From: Podarcis gaigeae
Taxonomy: Eukaryota
Length of the DNA: 64,000 bases
NCBI GenBank assembly: GCA_964106915.2
Contig: OZ066921.1
Reading direction: 5' to 3' (one strand)
Shown in pieces: positions 33,230 to 45,500 of the stretch; the stretch's first letter is position 1, and each line of letters begins with the position of its first letter. Under the pieces are notes generated by a model. It worked only from the letters and a program-made list of their open reading frames with translations. It searched no databases and had not been told where the DNA came from. The translations under genes and the position numbers were made by a program.

Positions 33230-35612
33230 TATACAAATGTAATAATGCACAAAGATCATATGATTAACTGATGAGATTTCTTGAATCAGATGACAGCTCC
33301 AGTTCCGAGCCTTTGGTAGAACACTGAGAATGAATTCAATAAATGCAACGAAAAGAACAGCATATGCCCAAGAGCTCGGCTCGGGGAGCAGGTGCCAGTT
33401 GAAGACAAGGAACAGGAGAGAGGGCCCCTCGTCCTTCTTCCCTTGTCTGCTCATCCTGCTTTCGCTGTCTGCTGCAAAAAAGCAATCAACTAAAGGAAGT
33501 TTCAGTGTGGCATAAAAACATGATAAAACCTCCCACCAGTCTCAGAGGAGCAGCAGGCTCTCTCTGGTTGGGGGCCAGATGATAGAAGAGTTACTTTTGT
33601 TGGAGGAACTGCACCCTCTGCACCCCCACCAGACAGGGTCTTCCTCCCCCTTTGTTTTTGCTCCAGCTCCTCCTTCATACCACCTGCCTAGGAGTGCCAG
33701 AGCCTGAACTGGCCCCCCCCTCTCCCCCAGAGACCCCTCCCCAGTCCGTCTGGCTGCAGCTCCTCCAGGGCAGGGAGCAGCCATCAAGCAGGTGGGCGAG
33801 GAGACATCCTTGCCATTCCTGGTCCCCCTTCCTGCTTTGCTGCTCCGTGGAGGGGGGTCATAAATCCCCTGTCCCTAGTAAAGCCCTCAACAGCACAGGA
33901 CACCTCGGGCTCCACACACCCCATGCTCAAGCTTCTCTGCCCTCTTCCTCCTTTTCCAGAACATCCTACCCCAGTGCCTGTGTCTTACTGCTGACTTGCT
34001 GGGGGAGCAGTAGTGGCACCCCCTAGGCCTGCATTATGGTGCAAGAGGTGAAACCGTCGCTCGAGGCAGCAAGATTTGAGGGTGGAACGATCAAGGGGAT
34101 AGGCTCAGTGATGCAGAGGGAGAACCCAGAGCTGAACACTAGCTTTGTAAGGCAGAAAGGCTTCTCCTGAGGGCTCCCAATTTCTCTCGGCTGCTTAGGC
34201 CAGCTCTGGCTCTCCTCCGTGCTGCCCACAGCCAAGGTGGTGTCCTCTCTATTCTTTCCCTGCAGTGTGTGGAGGAGGGAGGGCACATCCAACACTCAGA
34301 AGGTGGCAGCAGCAGCAGCTTCAGAACCACATCCAAAGGTGGCAGAGGGAGACAAGCTTTTCCTCTTGTCAATCATTTTCTACTTAGCAATCTCCTTCGT
34401 GAATCATGAGCCTCATCACTGGGCATGAGGGATCCTCTCTGGCAGGCTTTCTCGGGAATCAGCCCAGGACGGCAACTTCCCAAGTCTTGGAAACTTCCAT
34501 TCATCAAGAAGCTATTGTTACTCACTCTGTTAAATTGGATTTAAGTACCCAAGCCAGCTTCCAAGCTACCAGTTTTACAGTCACCATCCTCTTCATCCTA
34601 ATAGCAAACTGTGGTGGCTGAGTGCCAATGGGAATGGAGCCAAAACAGGCAGGCAGGTGGGCGGGCGGACGCTTCAACACATGGCAGAGTGAACCACGGG
34701 AGCACAAAACACTTCTTTTAAAAAACATACACAGGGAAGAGCGAGGAGGTGCGGATGCAGCCCAAGCAGGGCTGAGCAGGCTTCCTTTGGCTTCAAGGAT
34801 CCGTGGAACGCCAAGTGTCCTATTATGTGCGAAAGATAGATGGTTGGCTTCAGCCCCTTCAGAAAAACCCATCGTGGAGCAAGAGGGTCTGGCTGCCCAG
34901 CACCACCGGTGACATATAAATAGTAAAATTACTAAAATATCATTGCTATTTAGCATTATCCAGTTTTGTTTTTGCTTCATTTTAGAATTTTAGTGCAGGT
35001 AGCTTTGATAAGATTAGCAAAAAAAGAATTTAGGAGTGGGGATTTTCATGGTCCCCTTCATCAGCTGATGCCAAAAAGGTTTTATGCCAGACTGTACTGG
35101 GTTTTAATACAGATGTGGAAAGGCCCACTCCCTGTTAGGAATATGCTCACCTTGTTGAAATTATTTCAAATTACCCTCTGAAAGTCGCAGAGATGTTTGG
35201 CTCAAGCCAAATGTGGTGGCAATCTGGCAGGACACACGTCACCTCAGGCAGTCAGCTCTGGGGCTTTGTTGCCACCTGCAGGCAGCCCTTGGAAGAGCAG
35301 GTGGCTCCTGTCCCTGTGGACCCTTTTCTCAGACTAGAGAGCTCTGGAAATGCCACCTCAGGGGGCCTCCAACACTCTGCTGTAAGACCTCCATGCTCTG
35401 GGGCTTTCTTCCAAAGGGGACCCTCCACTTCCCACCATGTTTCCCATCATTATAAGGAAAGCTTTCAGAAACAATAATGCTTAGCTAATGAAGGAAAGGT
35501 TATTGCCTTTTGTTCAATTTACTGACTTAAGAACAGCCTCTGTATACCAGCACAGAAATATTACAAAGAAAGAAACTATGCCATGCTGACATCAGCCTGA
35601 ATTGTAACAGCC

Positions 35613-35618
35613 TTTATT
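35613..35618 (-). terminator. Candidate proximal polyadenylation signal of FHOD1
   Basis: AATAAA about 840 nt after the stop, followed downstream by a T/GT-rich tract (tttctttctttgtaatatttctgtg). Confidence 0.55.
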
Positions 35619-36100
35619 TCTCATTATTCATTTGAACACCAGCCAACCACAGATTAGGAGCTCTATGCAACAGGGAAGCTGGCTGCCAGCTTTTTAAACC
35701 CTTGTTCAGGAATGTACCTGGACGGCAGCGGGAGGTGCCCAAATGTCCCCTCTGCTCACTCCGCTCTCCGGCTGCCCAGAACGGACCCTCAGGTTGGGAC
35801 TGCTGGGAGTTTATCACACAGGGGATGCAAGCGACTCTGCTGCAGACAAACCACAGGCCAGCAGAGCCCAAGGCTCATTGGGCTCAGGGCTGCCTAGGGA
35901 GGTGGCTCCATCTCACAGTCAGGAGCGGACGGGCTTGCAGAAGGGATGTGGATTATTTGACCTACTAAGTGGGAGAAGCCCCAGGAGAGAGAGAGGCTAA
36001 TTGATTTGGAGCCAGGTGGCTCCCAGCAGCCAGGTAGCCAACTCTCTTGTTCCTGAGCTATGCCTCTCAACCAGGAACTGGACGGAAACAGTCTAAACAC

Positions 36101-36101
<1 letters not shown>

Positions 36102-36144
<43 letters not shown>
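36102..36144. repeat. (AC)n microsatellite in the FHOD1 3' UTR
   Basis: Read directly from the sequence; (UG)n in the mRNA. Confidence 0.97.
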
Positions 36145-36146
<2 letters not shown>

Positions 36147-36455
36147 TATAATACTTTTCTAGGCAGGTGGGGTCCCTCCCCCACACTCTGAGAAAGTCTT
36201 TGCACAGCATGGCCAGCACTGCACCACAGTCAGGGGAAGGTGAGGGGGCTGGCTTCAGGGAGTGACAAAAGCTAAACACGCTGGCAAGGTTCCATTCGAG
36301 GCAAATCTGGTGATGAGCGTCTCCCACGTAGAACTGTGCAGGTATCACAGGGCTCTGCTGGACACACAAGAAGTGGCCAGCCCTAGCTTCCTCCAGCCGA
36401 TGAGCAGTCTGCTGTACCTCAGAAGCTCCTCCAAGGCCACAGGCCCTCTTCGCCA

Positions 36456-36538
36456 TCACACAGCTACTCCAGCCGCCTGCGCCAGGCCCAGAGCCTGGAC
36501 AAGTTCGTCGCTGAGGCCGTTCTTCAGGGTGCGTCTCA
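36456..36538 (-). CDS. FHOD1: FHOD1 exon 22, coding part (83 nt including TGA)
   Basis: cag|TG AGA CGC ACC; (L)[26 protein letters not shown]. Confidence 0.95.
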
Positions 36539-39500
36539 CTGAGAAGAAGCACAAAGGGATCAAGGAAGTCCAGGTAAGCAGGGACATTCTAACACAGGCA
36601 GCTTAGGAAACCCCCATCCCAAGAGCCACGGGGCAGGAGCTCCCAGTCCCAAAACAAGGCCAAAGCTGGTACCACTAGAGCACCCTGGGTGCAAAGGGGG
36701 GATATAAATGTAAGAAAACAAATGAGAAACAAATGAAGATATAGTGGAATGTGGGACAGTCCCTTCATGGCTCTCACTCCTGCCCCTTGATTGACAAAAA
36801 AACAGAGGAAATGATGCAAAAGGAAAAAAGAAATGGGAACAAAGTTTGAATTCATAAATGATGCCCCCTTGGCCAATTGGCACAAGCAATGCCGCTCTTC
36901 TCTGCTGGTCTTGAATTTGGGTTGCCTGGCATGGAGATCCAAGCGTGCTCACACACACAAATGAATACACTTACACACAGAAACACATGGCTGCACTCTG
37001 TGAAGGGGCGATAAAAGAAGCTCTGTGCTTACGGGATTTCCGGTTCCCACGTGAGCGCTTGCGTTCCTTCCCTGCACCCGGCCGGGGAGGAGTGCTCTGG
37101 GTGACAGACTTCACCAGGCGGTCCATGATCTCTTCAGAGGCATCCTCAGGAGAGCCCGAGGCATCGTCCTCAGGAGGGGTCACGCTGGCGGGGCTGATCT
37201 TCCCAAAACCTAGAACAGAGGAGGCTGCCGTGAAAACCAGCTCCCGAGAGGCAGGCTCCCTCCCACTTTGATCACAGAAAGACCTGCATGGTTACCAACA
37301 GACAGCCTGCAGCAGGGGCTCCTTGAAAGAGCAGCCTGGCCTGCACTGGGGGTATCCACATGGTAGGGAAGCTGCCCCCATGTTCTTTAGGGTTTTAAAT
37401 GTAAATACCAAACCTTTGTACTTGGGTTCAGTAGCCAAAAGTGCTGATCTTTCTGCATTGGGGTCATATGTGTAAAGCTGGGTCTCTCGCCAAGCACACA
37501 AAGCGGCTGCATTTTGCACCAGTTGCAACTTCTGGATCAGGCACAAGGGTAGCCCCACATTAGTCTGATCATGAGGCTGCAAAGGGCAAGGCTATCCCTG
37601 TCCAGGAATGATAATAGTTGGCACCCCTGGCAAAGCTGGCTCTGGGTACTCTGATCCACTGCGCTCACCCGGGCCTTTAGTAATGGTGATGGATCTAAGA
37701 GCACCCTCAAGCAATGCACCAGCCCCACAACCTCATTCAGAGCTGGGACACAACCCAGTGCCTGGACCTGGGAACTGTCCATCCGTTGTGTCAGGGTCCA
37801 GGTTCTTAACCACTCCAGCAACAATTGTAATTATCAAACCACCACTGTAAGCGAGAACACAAAGCTGTAAAGGCCAGGCAGTGGCTAGGAAGTTGGTGGC
37901 TTGGGGAGACCCCCAGGGAGAGGGGCTCTGGAGTGGCCAAGAAGCTGAATGAGGGTGGGAAAGGAGACTGACTCTACCTGGAGACAGACACATCTCCCCA
38001 CCTCCCTACCTCTGCTGGCTCGGGAACGGCGGCCAGATGGCTCTGGAGTGGACATAAGCACTGTGGCCATGCTTTTGTGGCCAGCTTCATCCTTATGTTC
38101 GGGACTGGCCGAGAGCACAGCGGTGGCGGGACTGTCTTCGGGCTTGCTGACGGTCGCAAACCTCTCCATCTACAATGAGAGAAAGAACGCAGCATTGAGG
38201 AAGGGCAGGGGGGTACACCACCTGCTACCAGCTGGGGAGGCAACAACACAGATGTTGTCACAGGAGCTGCTCTTGCAAGGACACAAGAGGGCTTAGGAAG
38301 CCTCTTCACGTGCTGGAAGTTTCCATTGGACAGGTGAGGTAGGGTTAGGTGGGGCGGGAAGAACTTGCCTCGGTGATCATCCTGCCGCGGGTCTTGTTCC
38401 TTTCACGATATACTGCCCGTTTCTTCTGCTGCTGCAGAACTCGCTCCCGGCAGGTGCGGTACTCCAGGGCAAACTCCCGCAGGGTCCGGCAGAACCCTGT
38501 GACCTTTGCCTCCTGTGCCAAGCGTAGATCATAGCCCAAGTACAGCAGAAAGGAGCGGAACCTGCGGGCAGAGGCTGAACTGCAGGAAACTGACTGGCAT
38601 CACCATCCTCTCCCTGCTTCCTGCCCAGGGCATTCATTTATTTATAACCTTTGTCACTCACTTGCTCTTCTCCGAGCAAGAGCAACAAACCGAACATCAA
38701 GCCACATCAACCGAGTAATCAGTAAAAGGACACCTCTAAAACGACACCCCCAGAAAGGCCACAAGAACAGAAGAGACGCCCAGCTGGCCAGCACCCTGCC
38801 CTCACAATGGCCACCCAGGGCGCCTAGTGGGAAGCCAGATGCCCAAAGGCCTCTCCCCTGTTTAACACAGACCTGTTTAACATGCGTCGATGGACCACCT
38901 TGAGGATGACGATCTTCTGGGTGCTGGAGTGAAGGAAGTCCATCAGTTTGCTCTTCAGGGCCGGCTTGGTGTCATGCTTTGTGATGGCCTTCAGGCTCTC
39001 CCAGGACACTCTGCACCGTCGCTCCAGCTGCAGGAGGCTTTCTGCCAGCGCATCAAAGTCCACCTGGAGGGAAAAAACAAGGCCTCTTTGCAATTCTTGC
39101 CAACAGCCCCCTTTCTCTCTGCGGAATGCTCCTCACAGGTGCCAAATGGACTATCCTTTTCGCAGCAGGTAAAAACATTTTAATACGGGCAGCTTTAATC
39201 ATGATGTTGTTAAAGAGTTCATAGAATCATAAAATTGGGGGTTTTGGAAGGGATCCCAATGGCCATCTAAGTCCAACTCCCTGCAATGCAGGAATCACAG
39301 TTAAAGCCTCCCTAACAGATGGAAATCCAACCTCTGTTAAAAAACCTCCAGTGAAGGAGGGCCCACCACCATCCAAGGAAGTCTGTTCCACTGGTGAGCA
39401 GCTCTTGCTTTCAGAAAGTTTTTCCTAATGCTTAGTCAGAATCTCCTTTCTTGGAGATTGTGTTTAGCCTTGGAGGAGAAAACAAGCTTGCTCCATCTTC

Positions 39501-42500
39501 CATGTGACAGCCCTTCAGATATTTGAAGACAGCTGTCCTACCACCTCTCTGTCTTCTCTTCTCTAGGCTAAACATACCAAGCTCCCTCAACCATTCCTCA
39601 TATATATAAAGCTGGGTTTCCAGACTCTTTATTATCTTGGTTGCCGTCCTGTGCACACGTTTCAGCATGTCAACTTCCTTCTTACTCAATCTGGGTTTTG
39701 GTCTGTGGTTTAATAATTCCTACTGTGCATTATTTAACATGTTCCCACNNNNNNNNNNNNNNNNNNNNNNNNNNNNNNNNNNNNNNNNNNNNNNNNNNNN
39801 NNNNNNNNNNNNNNNNNNNNNNNNNNNNNNNNNNNNNNNNNNNNNNNNNNNNNNNNNNNNNNNNNNNNNNNNNNNNNNNNNNNNNNNNNNNTCAAGTGAT
39901 ATACAAGCCAAATAATTCAAAGACAAATCAATTCTGCACACAGGAGAAGCCCCCCCACCCACACAGCCCTGACCTTGGCTGAGCGAGTGATAGCGGCGAT
40001 CTCTGAGTAGAGGTCCGTCGTGTCCGGGAACTTCTCCACCACGAAGTGGCACAGGTGGTGGAGCAGGGTCTGTCGGTGCACTGTGTCCTTCACCTCTGAC
40101 ACCTTGGCCAGGTAGCTCAGCTCAAACCCTTGGCTCTGAAACCCCAAAAATTGGAATTTAAGATGATGCACCAGGTTTGAGGAAGAAGCAGAGCCCAGGA
40201 AGAGGGCTCCTCACCTGTTCTCTTTGCAACAGCATGACAGACACCCAGCAGCTGCTACTTGCACCAAAGGAAGGTGCTGTCGCCACTACCAGCCCTAAAA
40301 GTCTGCCCTACCTCCCATCTTCCCTGCACAATGTACCCTGAGACAGGCCTTTGTCCTTGACACATGACACAGATGCACACACAATGGGGATGGCAAGAGC
40401 TGCCAGCTGAAGAGTCACTGCATGCCTGCAAAAGAGCCCCAGCTTCGAGGTGCAGGATCGCCTGCCCCCACAGCACGTCCACTGGCAGGTGGAGGGTCCC
40501 CAGTGCCTGCAGTTTGGAAAAGGGTCTGGGTGCAACTGAGGAGAAAGACCTGGCTCTGTCTGAGAGTCACTGCCAGAGTGGACTCCAGGGCGATGCAGGC
40601 AAAGTGCCTGATCTGACAGAAGGCAGCATCCTGTGACCACAGTGGACATTAAGAGGGCCCAATGCTGCAGCTGGGCCAGAAAAAAATCTGGGCAGGACCT
40701 GTGAACAAAAAAACTCAGGCACCAATCCCAGATGTCTGACCACCTGCTGAAGGAAACGGTGCTCAGCATATGCTCAAAGCTGCTTGGTGCTGGCTCCTGA
40801 ACTGAGCCCCTGCCCCTGCCCTTGTTGTTAGCTGCCCTGAGCCCAGCTTCGGCTGGGGAGGGTGGGATATAAATAAAATTTACTATTATTATTATTATTA
40901 TTACATGCCTCACCTGGGATCCATTCAGGAAGTTGCCCATGGCCAGGAGAGTGGCAAGGATACACTTGAAGGTTTGGTTTTTGGCCAGTTGCTGCATCCC
41001 AAGTTTCAGATCAAAAAGCGGCTCTGCAATTTCCTGCACAGGAGCACAGAAGACAAGCTGTAAGTACCTGTTTGCCTCCAGAAATTGGAGGGAGCAAGCA
41101 AATTGCTGGCCCAGATACACAGGTTCTTGCTTAGGACCCAAAAGCAATGGATGGATTCAGCAGCAGGAGGAAGCAAAGGGCAGCTGAGCGACACCTGGAA
41201 CTATTTGCCATGTGGCCAGACCAACCACAGCAGCCACTCTCGCCAAGCCAGCCGGTTCCCTTGCAGGTTGGTTCACCAGCGATGGCCCTCTTGCCTTTAA
41301 GCCCAGCAAGAAGGTCCAGCCAAATTTATGGGGAGGACTGGCTAGAGCTATGGGGGCGGGATCCACCTGCACCATCCCCAATTTTAGAGGTTCTGCAGGA
41401 TCCTGAGCAGGGGTGTACCTGCTCCATGGCCTCATAGTCCAGCTTGAAAGCCCACAGCTGAAGCCGGGCGGTGAGCTCAGTGATGGAGGAGAGAGCGAGG
41501 AGGAACTGCTCAGCTGAACCCAGAGGCACATCGGGATTGGCCATCTGTGCTTCCTGGATCTTCTGCTTCTCCTCCTCGGTTGGAACCATTGTCAAGATTT
41601 TCTGCAAAACAAGAGGGAAGAGGGTGTTGGGTCAGGACACAACGACTCCACCTGGCCCTTCATGGCAGCTTTCCCAAACTGGGTGCCATGCAGATGCTCT
41701 GGACCACAAGTCCCATCAGTCCCAGTCAGCATGAGCGAATGAAGCTGGGCCTGATGCAAGTTGTAGTCCAGAAGGCCTCTTTATGGTCAAGGGTTCTCAG
41801 GAGAGACAGAATTCTCACCTCAATCCCTTCCTTGTTAATTGCAAATTCATCGAAGTTGACAATTGCCGTCTTGATGATGTGTACGGGAGGCAGCGCTGTC
41901 AAGCCGATGTTGATGGCATTGCTCCTCTTGGGATCCAAAACCACAATTAGCTTCTTCCCATCAACAGCTTTCTTGGGAGTGAAAGAAGGGAAGGGTTGAT
42001 GTTTTTGTCTGTCACACTATCACCCTATCTTTGGGGGTTCTCCTCTTTCAGCCCCACAACTCTCCTGCGAGGTAGCTTAAACTGACAGGTGAGGCCTGGA
42101 CCCAATGTCAACATGCGAGCATCATGACTGGGCAGGACAGGCAGAGAACCCCAGAGCAAGATCGTGGCTGGTCTCTGCCTGCAAAGGACAAAGCTTATTC
42201 TCTTTGACTGACAAGAACAGTCTCTGCCTGAGGCTCTGCTGGCTAGGCCCTGACAGCACAGCTTGCTCCAGGCACATTCAAGATGGAAGAAGAAATCACA
42301 TGGGCTAGAAGTCCTTGAAGGCAAGAGGGTCGAAGGGGCAGTGATAAGGAAGAGCAGCACTGAATAGAGAGACTGGAAGCCAGAGAGAAGCTCAAGGGCA
42401 GAACCCAAAGTCCCTGGATCAGTTCTTGGCACCTCCAGGGAGCAGGCCAAGGGAGCTTCCAGAGCCCTAGGGAAGCTGCTGTCAGACCAGGCCAAGGGTC

Positions 42501-45500
42501 AGACTCAGGGCAAGGCAGCTCCTTGGGCTCCTCTGCTTTGAGCCTCTGGCACACTTATTTCAAAATAAGTGTATTAAAAAAGCTCTGCATTCCCTTGCCA
42601 CAATCCCACTAGAAAGCATGGGCAAAGCCTCCTGCAAGAACCCCACAGCCCAAGCTCAGGAGAGAGTCCTCCTCCCTCCTGTAGCCAACACTGAGGAGCC
42701 CCAACCTACCTTCGAGCTAAGCACCTCCTTCGTCTTGGACTCGAAGAGATGTTCCATCTTGGTGGTGTCGACCTCCACCTTCTCCAGAGATGCCCACAGA
42801 GTGGCTGGCCCAAAGGGGTCTCCTCTTCCTTCCCGCCTGGCAGAGCTGTCCACGTTCTTTAGCTCCCTCCAGAAGAGCTTAATAGTTTTCTTCTTTTTTG
42901 CTGGGGAGTGGGCATCCTCCCTGGAGGAGCCCAGCAAGCCTGGAGGAGGACAGCCTGGTGGGGGTGGAGGAGGCGGGGGAAAGGCACAGCCTGGTGGGGG
43001 TGGAGGAGGGGGAGGGGGAGGGGGAAAGGCACAGCCTGGTGGGGGTGGAGGGCAGCTGGGAGGGAGGGGTGGAGGGGCCGGAGCCCCACTGGCAGCCACA
43101 ACCACATGGTCAGGCACAGTCTCTGTTTCTAGGATATCAAAGTCTTCCTCCTCACCCAGGTCAGAGAAGTCCATATCTCTGATCTTCAGGTGCTTGGGGC
43201 TGAGCTCCAGGGGCCCTCGCATCACCTCCGCTCCCTTCCTGTAGGGAGTCATGAAAGTCCTCTCCAGGCTCTGCAGGCTGGCTTCCGCCTCAAGGCTGAA
43301 CTGAGCCCGCAATGGCCGGGCCCGAAGATTGGAGGGGCTGCCCTGTTTCCCATTGCTCTGTGGGCTGCCTTCTTCACTCCCGGTGTCTGCCTGGAACTCT
43401 TCTGCTGGGGCAAGAATAACCCCTTCCAGCCTTGCAGGGCTGTTATTGGAGAACAGTGTGTCAAGGTTGAGCTTCTTTCCAGGTGCAGGGTGGCTCTGGG
43501 AATCTTCTCCATCGCACAGCAGAACTGGGCTTTCTGGGCTTGGGGTGCAAATGGGACCCAGCCCAGGGCTGCTGCTGGAGAGCCCCTCGCCTGACAGGCT
43601 CTCCCTGGCCTCTTCGCCTTCAAAGCCAGCCAAGGCCAATGCAGAGCTGAGCTCTGTCCCATCGCCGTTTCTCTCTTGTCCTTCACGCCACCTCCCTAAG
43701 GGCACAGAGGAAGAGTTAAGGTTTAACTAGGAAAGGAGACAAGCTAGGCACTTGACAAGCAGCACAGAAAAGGAGAAGCATCAGCAACAAGCCTTTGGCC
43801 AAACCAGGGATTGTCGCAAACTCTGCCGGCTCTTCTGCTGCATTATACCTGGGGAGAGCTGCTCAATGCTCGGAGTAGCTTCAGCAAGGACCTCAGCTCG
43901 CCCCTTGGAGATTGCAACCAACTTCTCTTTCTGGGAAGCAGCAAGATTTTCCAGGAAGCGTGCTCTATGAGAGAAGCAAAATGCTACATCATTCAGCACC
44001 AGGGACACAATGTTCCATCACCACACAGCAAGCAGGATGAGGCTCATCCCACACAACAGCTGTCCCCCCCCAGAGACTGGTAGAGCCAATCTATCAGATG
44101 CTGCAACACACAGGAGGTCCAGCACTTGGCACAAATGCTGACACCCATCAGTGGTGGTTCCTCTGAGGCCCAAAGCTCTCTCGGCGCCTGTTTAAAGAGG
44201 TACAGGCAGAGATCCTCAACAGCAGCAGCAAAGGAAACTGCGCAGACCCTCCTCCAGCCTTCTCTCCCCAAGCTCCTACAGTTTTCTTCAACACAGGACT
44301 GCTCCAGGACAGCCACACTCCAACTGGTCCAGGGCCCCATCTCATACAGAACCCAGCAGCCTATGGGGTGGGAAAGGGATGTCTAGAAAGCATGGTACCT
44401 CAGCCAGCCCCCAGTCCTGCTCCCTGCCCTCTCCTGTGGGCACCAGAAGGCCAGCATTGACCAGGACAGTGCAGCAGATGGAAGAGAGAGTGGGTGGGTG
44501 GCACACAGCAGCTCAAGCCCCGCTCAGCCCTGTAATTCACTGGGGGTCCCTTGGCAAGTCACTGCTGCTTCTCAGCTTCACCTCCTCTGCTAGGTAACCT
44601 GGGTTGGCTACTGGGTGGTCTTGCCATCAATGCTGCCCTGTATGAGGAAACATGGCAGCTGGGATGGTGGGTCTAGAAGAGGCCCAAATGCAGCTTGCTG
44701 GATGAGCTGCCTCCAGAGGGCCAGGAAGGGCCTTTATCAGTGACAGAGGGCCAAGGCTTCCATCCACCAGGCACTTTTGAGGCCATTGTAGAGATTCAGG
44801 AGGATTCTTTGCCTGAGGAACTCAACAAGGATCAACAAATTCCTGGGCCTGAAACCAAAGCGAGACCTCCAGCACCAGCCTAAGCCTGATGAAACACACA
44901 TGTTCTCTGTACTTACTCAAAGCGCCTCAGAATAGGCTTGTCCCCACATACTGAGGGGCTTTCCTCTTGCCTGGGAGAAAAAGTCAGTTAGTGCCACTGG
45001 GCACAGGAACCACACTCTGCATGCCCACAAGCTCTGCCAAGGCTACACCAGCTCCAAAGCAGAGAGGTCCATGCAATCTGGGGGTGTACTCACTCCTCCT
45101 GTCCAGCTGAAATCCCACCTCACTTCCCTGCAGCCACTCATTTTGGTGCTCCAAGTCTGGATGAAAGGGCTGCTCATGCATGCACCAAGGTCACGAAGGC
45201 CTCAGAAGTCTGCTCCTGGAGCCCCAAGCAGATGCCAGCCACACAACCACAAGTGGAAACACTGCAGCTGTTCAGAAGTACAACACGGGGCTGTTGCCAC
45301 ACTCTTGACTCTGTAAACTGGTCCAGAATTGTGTCCCCTCTTTGCTGGTGCCTCAGTTCAGCTGAGACCTTTGGCCCTTCACCCCAACATACTCCCCTCC
45401 TCTGTTGTGTCAAAGGCAATCCAGCAGGATCCAGACCCAGAAGTCGCTGGAGAAGCACAAAGGAAGAGGAGCCCAAACCACATGCCAGAAGCCCCAAGCC

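Noticed and set aside
40308-41147. 279-aa ORF
   Set aside because: Only 40 codons (exon 16) are FHOD1; the rest is intron, including an (ATT)n repeat.
42618-43730. Gly-rich plus-strand ORFs
   Set aside because: Antisense shadows of the FHOD1 polyproline exon.
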